From an uncultured virus (IMG/VR IMGVR_UViG_3300038427_000461) (Duplodnaviria; Heunggongvirae; Uroviricota; Caudoviricetes), in the IMG/VR virus record IMGVR_UViG_3300038427_000461: a stretch of 64,000 nt of DNA; one strand, written 5' to 3'. The position numbers were made by a program, and so were the translations under genes. Positions 58,029 through 64,000 of this stretch are shown piece by piece. The notes under the pieces were generated by a model that was not told where the DNA came from, did no database searches, and saw only the letters and a list, made by a program, of their open reading frames with translations. Every line of letters starts with the position of its first letter. Position 1 is the first letter of the stretch.

Positions 58029-58849
58029 TACGGCGCCCCCCTCTTCGCGGCGTCGGCCTTCGCCCGGACCCCCGCCGTGTGCTCGTCCACGCGCTGCCTG
58101 TCCGCGGCCTGCTCCGCCTGGCTCGCGAGCCAGCGGTCCAGGCGCGTCTGGTCGCGGTCGCTCGGGAGCGGCGACCCCGGCGTGGCCCCCGCCAGCCGCG
58201 CGTTGGCGAACTCCGCCCACTTCGGGTCGACCTCGAGCCCCACGAACTGCCTATCAAGAAGTTTGCACGCGAGTCCGGTCGTGCCGCTCCCCGAGCAGGG
58301 GTCGAACACGGTCTCGCCGGGGTCGGAGAAGTAGCTGACGAGGTCGAGGAGCTGGTCGAGCGGCTTCTCGGTCTTGTGCTTGCCCTCTCCGCGCAGGCAG
58401 GTGTGCGTGAGCGACAGCAAGTTCCCCGGCCCGTTCCAGTGCTTCCTCCCCTTCCCGGACCCGTAGGCGATGACGAGCATCTCACAACCTGTAGTCGGTC
58501 GGTCCCCACTCAATTGAGGCATCGACCAGCGTACCCACGGGATCGCGCGGATGTACGTCGCCCCGGCCGCCTGCAGGGACAGCCGCCACCACGTCATCGA
58601 CTCCAGGTCCGTGTAGATGACCGACCACCGCTTGGTCAGCGCCGCGAACCGCGCGATGCGCCGCCGGAGCGCGACCGACAGGTGGTCGAACCCGAGTTCG
58701 CGCGACCTGGATCCCCCGCCGATCGACTGAGACACGGCGCTCTTGTGGACGTGCGGGGCGTACGGTGGGTCGACGAGCATCACGTCCGGCGGGTCTGCCG
58801 CGACGGTGGCGAGGTCGACGTCGAGCGCGGACGTGTTCAGGACGAGCAC
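58028..58849 (-). CDS. DNA adenine methyltransferase (beta class)
   Basis: DPPY, H.TEKP, VFDPCSGSGTT, FVGLEVD. Confidence 0.88.
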   Translation of the reverse strand: MLVLNTSALDVDLATVAADPPDVMLVDPPYAPHVHKSAVSQSIGGGSRSRELGFDHLSVALRRRIARFAALTKRWSVIYTDLESMTWWRLSLQAAGATYIRAIPWVRWSMPQLSGDRPTTGCEMLVIAYGSGKGRKHWNGPGNLLSLTHTCLRGEGKHKTEKPLDQLLDLVSYFSDPGETVFDPCSGSGTTGLACKLLDRQFVGLEVDPKWAEFANARLAGATPGSPLPSDRDQTRLDRWLASQAEQAADRQRVDEHTAGVRAKADAAKRGAP

Positions 58850-59280
58850 GGCAGCACCCCCGCTTCCCGCAGGACCGCGCGCGCCCGGTCGTAGGCGCCA
58901 GGCACGTTCCACGCGCGCGACAGCCCGCTCGGGTGGGGGAGGATGACGCGCTTCGGCACGAGGTCCGTGCCGGGCAAGATCGCGAAGGGCTCGAACCGCG
59001 ACGCGCACACCCGCGCCACCTTCGCCCCGAGGCACACGACCGTCTGACCGCACGCGCGCGCCTCGACGAGGAGGACCGCGGCCCTGCTCTGCGCCTGGAG
59101 GAGACTCCACTCGCGCGGGCAGAGGTTCGCCCGGTCGAACGCCTCCAGGTACCGGTCGGGGTCCATCTGGAAGACGAGCCGGCAGAGCCTCTCCCCCGAA
59201 CAGCCCCGCGGTGACGGGTAGAGCGCGAACCCCGGGTCGCCGCCGTACGGGTTGGCCTCCCCGACGAGGAGGGGTCTCAC
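58837..59280 (-). CDS. Uracil-DNA glycosylase-like superfamily protein
   Basis: LLVGEA, SG.RL, NL, VV.LG..VA, LPHPSG..R.WN. Confidence 0.75.
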   Translation of the reverse strand: MRPLLVGEANPYGGDPGFALYPSPRGCSGERLCRLVFQMDPDRYLEAFDRANLCPREWSLLQAQSRAAVLLVEARACGQTVVCLGAKVARVCASRFEPFAILPGTDLVPKRVILPHPSGLSRAWNVPGAYDRARAVLREAGVLPCSS

Positions 59281-59635
59281 GACAGGTGCCTCGTGTGGCT
59301 GCAGTTTTCGCACCGGCCATCGGCCTCCTCTTTCCACTTCACCCGTTCCTCCTCCGTGCAGTCGCAATAGAGCGTGGGCGCCCCGTGCTCCTCGGCCAGC
59401 CACACGACCGTCGTGACCACGTTGGCCGAGTTGCCCTTCGCGTAGACGTGGTCCGTGTCGAACACCTCGTGCGTCACCCCCGAGACGACCCCGCAGAACG
59501 GGTGGTCCTTGTTCGGGCATACGCGCGGGTGCCAGAGCACGAACGACTCGCCGACGCGCGGCAGGTAGTCGGACTCGTACGTGCCGAGGTCCTCGCCCTC
59601 GTCGTTGTTCGGGACCTTGATGGTGAAGCTGGGCA

Positions 59636-60205
59636 TCACGCGCCTCCTCGCATCGCCGCGAGCGCGCGCTGGTGCGCGCCCAGGTTGCTGGAACCGAGCA
59701 ACCACTCCGCACACACCTTCGCGTGCTCGACGGACTCCAGGATGTCGGCGCGGGCTCGGTGCGCCTCCGCCTTCGGGACCTTCTCCATGCCGAGCGACCG
59801 GCAGAAGAGCTTCACCGCCGAGACGTCGTAGTGCCGGTGCGAGAGCCGCTTCGCGAGCTTCGGCATGTGCGCGCGCAGGAACCCGTGGTCGAAATGAATG
59901 CTGGAACCGGCGAGCGTCGGCTTGTCGTCGCCGGTGACCTCGGGCACGAGCGTCAGCAGGTGCTCCTCGAACTCGGCGAGGGACGTCATCGATCGGGCGC
60001 ACTCGGCGAGCAAATTATTTTTCGAGTGCATGTCCAGGATGTATGGGGTGAGGGTGGCAACGTCCGCGAACCGGAACACCGGGTTCCTGACGAGGCCGAT
60101 GTCGAACGGGCGCTCGAGGTCGGCCTCGGCGATGGCCAGCTCGAGGATGGTGTCTTTGGTCGGGTCCAAGCCCGTCGTCTCCAGGTCGAGCCATAGGATC
60201 TTCAT
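59636..60205 (-). CDS. orn: Oligoribonuclease (DEDDh)
   Basis: WLDLETTGLDP..D.ILE.A, MH..N.L, LAG.SIHFD..FL...MP.L...L.HR..DVS, HRA..DI.ES. Confidence 0.88.
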   Translation of the reverse strand: MKILWLDLETTGLDPTKDTILELAIAEADLERPFDIGLVRNPVFRFADVATLTPYILDMHSKNNLLAECARSMTSLAEFEEHLLTLVPEVTGDDKPTLAGSSIHFDHGFLRAHMPKLAKRLSHRHYDVSAVKLFCRSLGMEKVPKAEAHRARADILESVEHAKVCAEWLLGSSNLGAHQRALAAMRGGA

Positions 60206-60435
60206 TCGCAGTCTCCGATGTCGGTGGTCTTGCAGGCGTGCTCCAGCTTGCGTGACAGCTCCTCGACCGCGTCCTTCGCGGTCGCGTCGGGGCCCGTCGT
60301 GATCCGGACGGTCATCAAGAACTCGTCGGAGGGGCCCTCCTTCAGCGGGTCTTCAGGCATCTCCCGCACGAAGACGGGCAGGTCGATCTCGAAAATTCGG
60401 ATGCTCATGGACCGAATAGCCTTTCTCCGAAGGGA

Positions 60436-60463
60436 CCCGGGGGGCGCTCTCGCGCCCCCCGGG
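60436..60463 (-). terminator. 12-bp GC hairpin downstream of the SSB-like gene
   Basis: cccggggggcgc-tctc-gcgccccccggg. Confidence 0.6.
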
Positions 60464-60477
60464 ACTTCCGGGCTCGT

Positions 60478-61020
60478 TTACTGCTGCGCCGCCGCTGCCG
60501 CGCCCTTCTCCTCGATGATCTGCCCCCACTTGTGGAGACTGAAGTCGGTGTCCTTCTTCGTCTTGACCTGGACGACCTCCACGGGGATGAGCATCCCGTT
60601 GATGACGCCCTCGTTGACGACCGAGTTCATGAAGCCCTCGACGGCCTCGATGAACTCCGGCTCTTCCGGCTTCTGCCCGAGGATGCTCGCGGCGAAGGAC
60701 TTCAGCGCGCCGAAGCCGATGTCGAGGTCCTGCAGCGACTGGTACCACGACGCCGTCGAACCCGTCTGGTTGGGCAACGTCTTCTCGAGGTCCTGGAGAC
60801 TGAAGGGGTTGGAGCCGAACGCCGCGATGGCCTTCTTCTTCTCGGCCTCGTACGCCGACTTCTCGACCATGACCTCCAGGATGAAGGCGTCGCCCTTGGT
60901 GCGGGTCTTCTTGAAGATCGCGCGCTTCACGCGCACCTCGTAGTTCCCCGGCTTGAGGAACGTACCGCGTTCGAAGGTCTTCGCCGCCTTCAGGCCGGCG
61001 AACAGGTTGCTGGTATTCAT
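60478..61020 (-). CDS. Putative ssDNA-binding / OB-fold protein (own RBS, also in frame with upstream endonuclease)
   Basis: AAGGAG RBS before ATG at 61020; F.KPG.Y.V.V pattern; position in helicase-SSB-polA module; followed by hairpin. Confidence 0.55.
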   Translation of the reverse strand: MNTSNLFAGLKAAKTFERGTFLKPGNYEVRVKRAIFKKTRTKGDAFILEVMVEKSAYEAEKKKAIAAFGSNPFSLQDLEKTLPNQTGSTASWYQSLQDLDIGFGALKSFAASILGQKPEEPEFIEAVEGFMNSVVNEGVINGMLIPVEVVQVKTKKDTDFSLHKWGQIIEEKGAAAAAQQ

Positions 61021-61497
61021 TGACGTCTCACTCCTTTTCTCGAATCGTTGTAGATATATGATTGCCCGTTTCAATATCTTGATGCTGTCCTTGAAATAAC
61101 CCAAGCCTACATTACAAGAATGACAGAGGAGTCCTCTGACACACTTGCCACAAGAACGATCGCCAGAACAACACCCGTGATCGTGGTCCACCGAAAAAGA
61201 CTTTTCGCACTCGGTGTAATGCACGCCGCACATGGAGCACACACCACCCTGCTCCAGCAACATTTCAGAAAACTGTCCCGGAGTAACTCCGTATCGTTGT
61301 TCTCGAAATAGATCGGCCCGATACTGTCGTATCTCCGGCCTAGAATAATATTCTCTATTTTGTTCGCTCTGTTTACGCCGCCGCTCTGGATCTGCTGCGT
61401 ACTTCTCTCGGCGTCGAGCAGCAGCGCGTTGCAACTGAGCCTCTACCTTGTCTGGATTAGCCCTTCGCCAAGCTCGCTGATATTCCTTGGAACTCAT
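61021..61497 (-). CDS. Endonuclease VII-like domain, low GC, no stop before the downstream gene
   Basis: YG.T...F..ML..QGG.C..C, VDHDH, VRGLLC..CN.GLG.F.D. Confidence 0.88.
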
Positions 61498-63269
61498 TGC
61501 CAGAGTGGCCCTTTTCTACCGGAAATGTCGGGCATACAGATGTCACTGATCAGGAGCTTTTGATCGTGCCCGAGCGTGTCGGCAGTGGCCCTGGCGCCGT
61601 GGAGTGCCCGGTCGAAGGCGTCGCGGTGCTCCCGGCAGCCGAGCAGGACGTCGACCGTGACCTCGTCGGCCTCCTGACCGTCGCGGTGCGTCCGCCCGAT
61701 GAGCTGCTCCACCGTCGCCGCACCCGGCGGGCACGACGTGATGAGGTTCGTCGAGAACATCTGGAGGTTGCGCCCGGTCGCGTTCGCCTGGACGCTGGCG
61801 ATGATCGCCTTCCCGGGCTCCACGAGCGTGATGCTCTCGCCGCGCTCGCTCAGGCCGTTCGCGCCGTAGTACGTCGCCCCCGTGACCTCGGCGAGCTTCC
61901 TGGCGAAGAAGACGTGCTCGCACCAGACGATGCCCCGCTCCTTCTCCATCCACGCCGCGCACGCCCCGATCGCGGCGTCGTCGTGCCAGACGTCCCTCGG
62001 CTGGATCTTGAACGTGCCGCGCACCGCGCGCCACGCCTCGAGCGTCTCCGAGGGCAGCCGACCGGCGTCCACGGCGTTCACCACTTGCAGCTCGGTGTCG
62101 AGCGTGCGGGAGAACTCCAGGGTCTCGCGCACGAAGGCCGCCCAGTCGCGCCGGGCCGCGACCCACTTCGGCGGCGGTCGCGGGTCCCACACCGAGTGGA
62201 AGCCGAGTGCGAGCTGCCGCAGGTACATCCGGAACTCGATCGGTTCCGAGAAGGCCCAGCCGTCCGGCGTCGTCCACGGCCGGACCACGTACGCCCCGTG
62301 CGCGTCCTTCACGCCGTGCCGCATGTTGCCGATGTGCTGCTCGGTGACCGCCGAGGGCTTATACTCCAGCGCGGCGATGCGCAGGCTGCACGTCACGCCG
62401 TCGGTCCGCGAGGAGGCGACGACGCCCCGGGTCTCGAGCAGCCGCGCCTGGAACGCCCGCCGCGCGCGCGTCACGTCGTCCAGCTCGTGCGCGGCGAGGA
62501 GCTGCGCCAGCTCGCGACCTCGGTCGTCCGGCGCCCCCAGCTCGAACAGCACCTCCGGCCGTCGCCGGGCGAGCGGGTTGACTCGCTCGTCGAGCGCGTC
62601 GGCCCACACCGCGACCTCGTCCTCGGTCTCGGGGATCGGCGCCTGGTCCTTCAGCGCCCAGCGCAAGAGGTGCGCGAAGTCCCTCACCGACCCCTTCATC
62701 ACCGTGCCGGAGACGCCCACGAAGCGCGTCTCGGGGTGCTCGTGCATGTAGCGCTTGACGCGCTTCGTGCGGCCGGCGCGATGGTTCTTGAGGAAATGCG
62801 CCTCGTCCGCGACGATGAGGTCCGGTCGGATGTAGTCCAGTCTCCGCGCGCTCTGCACCAGGCCGAGCAGCTCGTAGGAGATGAGCTGCAGGTTCGTCGC
62901 GATGCGCCAGTGCTCTCTCAGTGCCTTGAAATCGAGGGCGGTCTTCTCGATGAGCGCCGCCGGCAAGAGCAGGATCGGTCGCTTGGCCTCGAGCACGACC
63001 GGCAGCACGGCCGTCACCAGAGTTTTTCCACTGCCGACGCGCATCGGGCCGAAGATCCCGCCCACCTCCATCGCCTCGTAGAGGGCGACGGCCTGCACCG
63101 GGCGGAGCTTCATCGTCCCGCCGGGAGTCTTCAGCTCCCGCGTCATCATCTCCGCCAGCGTCGCCGCCGCCGCGTCGGACCACGTGCGTCGCGGCAGGGC
63201 CGCGATGCGGGCGATCTCGGGGGTGCGGGGGACGACCTGGCTGCCGAACGGGGACGGACTGCTGGTCAC
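61494..63269 (-). CDS. SNF2-like superfamily 2 helicase
   Basis: LRPVQ, VGSGKT, DEAH, SGT, TG.NLQ, EQLIGRTHR.GQ. Confidence 0.88.
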   Translation of the reverse strand: MTSSPSPFGSQVVPRTPEIARIAALPRRTWSDAAAATLAEMMTRELKTPGGTMKLRPVQAVALYEAMEVGGIFGPMRVGSGKTLVTAVLPVVLEAKRPILLLPAALIEKTALDFKALREHWRIATNLQLISYELLGLVQSARRLDYIRPDLIVADEAHFLKNHRAGRTKRVKRYMHEHPETRFVGVSGTVMKGSVRDFAHLLRWALKDQAPIPETEDEVAVWADALDERVNPLARRRPEVLFELGAPDDRGRELAQLLAAHELDDVTRARRAFQARLLETRGVVASSRTDGVTCSLRIAALEYKPSAVTEQHIGNMRHGVKDAHGAYVVRPWTTPDGWAFSEPIEFRMYLRQLALGFHSVWDPRPPPKWVAARRDWAAFVRETLEFSRTLDTELQVVNAVDAGRLPSETLEAWRAVRGTFKIQPRDVWHDDAAIGACAAWMEKERGIVWCEHVFFARKLAEVTGATYYGANGLSERGESITLVEPGKAIIASVQANATGRNLQMFSTNLITSCPPGAATVEQLIGRTHRDGQEADEVTVDVLLGCREHRDAFDRALHGARATADTLGHDQKLLISDICMPDISGRKGPLWQ

Positions 63270-63400
63270 CGACCGACCAATGACGACATCCGCTGCAAAC
63301 GCTCGCAGTACGGACCGCACCAACCGCCGTGGATCGAGATTAGCGACCCGTCCGGCCTGATTCGGACGCGCTCCAAGTACCACTTGCCGTGCGGGCTCAT
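63266..63400 (-). CDS. 44-aa hypothetical protein coupled on both sides
   Basis: ATGA and GTGA overlaps; MSPHGKWYLERVRIRPDG... Confidence 0.4.
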   Translation of the reverse strand: MSPHGKWYLERVRIRPDGSLISIHGGWCGPYCERLQRMSSLVGR

Positions 63401-64000
63401 CGCACCACCAGCCCGGCGCGCGCCACGAACTCGACCGCGATGATCGACCCCTCCGGCGTCGTCGTGTCGAGCCGCAGCGCCGGCAGGACGCCCTCGAGCG
63501 CGTCCAGCTCCGCGGCGGCCGCGACGGCGAGCATCCCCGGGCCGTGACCGAACTCGGCGAACCGGTAGTCCGCGAGTCCCTCGGCCGCGACGCGCTTCTT
63601 GGCCAGCACGATGAAGTGCGTCGCGTCGGCGACGGGCGCGCCCACCGGTCCGCAGTCGAGGTACAGCGTCTCGATCTTCACCGCGAGCCCCGTCGCGGGC
63701 ACGGTGGCCTTCTTCGGCCGCCCGCGCCCCCGAGTCGCGTCGGCAGCCGCTGCGGGTGCGGCCGCTGCGGGAGCGGGTGCGGCCGCTGCGGGAGCGGGTG
63801 CGGCCGCTGCGGGGGAGGGGGCGGTGGCGGGCGGCACCGCTTGCGCGGCCTCGGCGATGAGCCGTTGCGCGGCGTGCGCCACCGGACCCGTCAGCGTCTG
63901 CCCGGACGCGATGGCGGCGAGGACCTCGTCCCTCGTCGGCGCCGCAGCGGGCGGCGCGGGCGGCGGCTGGTGCTCCGGCGGGTTGATCGCGGGGCCCGCT
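63397..64000 (-). CDS. C-terminal part of a protein with Ala/Pro linker and AT-hook; 5' end outside window
   Basis: RGRGRPKK AT-hook, (PAAAAPA)n linker. Confidence 0.6.
   Translation of the reverse strand, partial: AGPAINPPEHQPPPAPPAAAPTRDEVLAAIASGQTLTGPVAHAAQRLIAEAAQAVPPATAPSPAAAAPAPAAAAPAPAAAAPAAAADATRGRGRPKKATVPATGLAVKIETLYLDCGPVGAPVADATHFIVLAKKRVAAEGLADYRFAEFGHGPGMLAVAAAAELDALEGVLPALRLDTTTPEGSIIAVEFVARAGLVVR
63752..63813. repeat. 21-bp tandem repeat, about 3 copies (coding)
   Basis: gcgggtgcggccgctgcggga repeated. Confidence 0.85.

Noticed and set aside
31781..58849. Restriction-modification systems around the two methyltransferases
   Set aside because: No cognate restriction enzyme recognisable; orphan MTases are routine in phages
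587..63443. Many long Arg/Ala/Pro-rich alternative-frame and antisense ORFs (e.g. 587-1654, 39061-40746, 61497-63443)
   Set aside because: Shadow ORFs expected at this GC content; they overlap better-supported genes and have no motifs
63654..63664. 11-nt match (agtcgaggtac) to the 5' end of the orphan omega-RNA guide; similar partial matches near 13641 and 36245
   Set aside because: Corresponds to common Tyr-Leu-Asp/Glu codons in this genome; match does not extend and no shared TAM is evident
1..64000. CRISPR array, tRNA or rRNA genes
   Set aside because: No regularly spaced repeats or cloverleaf/rRNA signatures seen by eye; tRNAscan/CRISPR finders were not run

Overview
High-GC segment of a tailed bacteriophage or prophage genome. 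Host is inferred to be a myxobacterium (Myxococcota) from DAG-containing Cys-rich lipoproteins, a KGG stress protein and a stand-alone receiver domain; this is not proven. From left to right: (1) 1-5.2 kb: collagen-like and beta-helix tail-fibre/spike genes plus lysis candidates. (2) 3.7-10.2 kb and 21.2-21.6 kb: five toxin-antitoxin cassettes (BrnT-HTH, DUF4258-MqsA-like, AbrB-Doc, HicBA plus orphan Phd, and HigA with a truncated HigB), many with apparently leaderless sigma70 promoters. (3) 11.2-20.5 kb: a tightly packed array of ten very acidic, multi-domain proteins whose domains are separated by a recurrent (V/L/A)-x-E-(A/S/R)-R-R motif and Arg/Pro-rich tails; this is the most unusual feature and is interpreted as a candidate protease-processed, virion-packaged polyprotein arsenal. 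(4) 21.6-24.5 kb: membrane, lipoprotein and peptidase genes. (5) Two catalytically intact TnpB genes with no tnpA in the window, plus an orphan copy of the TnpB-2 omega-RNA carrying a different guide. (6) 26-54 kb: many small accessory genes, including a ubiquitin-like DUF2604 protein, an Acb2/Tad1-like hairpin, MazG x2, Nudix, ASCH, ParB-like, HerA-like ATPase, sigma-like protein and a DNA methyltransferase. (7) 54.6-64 kb: a replication module with a PolA gene split in two by an intron-less HNH gene, a second MTase, UDG-like protein, oligoribonuclease, an EndoVII-SSB in-frame fusion and an SNF2-type helicase. All family calls are from motif recognition by eye; no database search was run.
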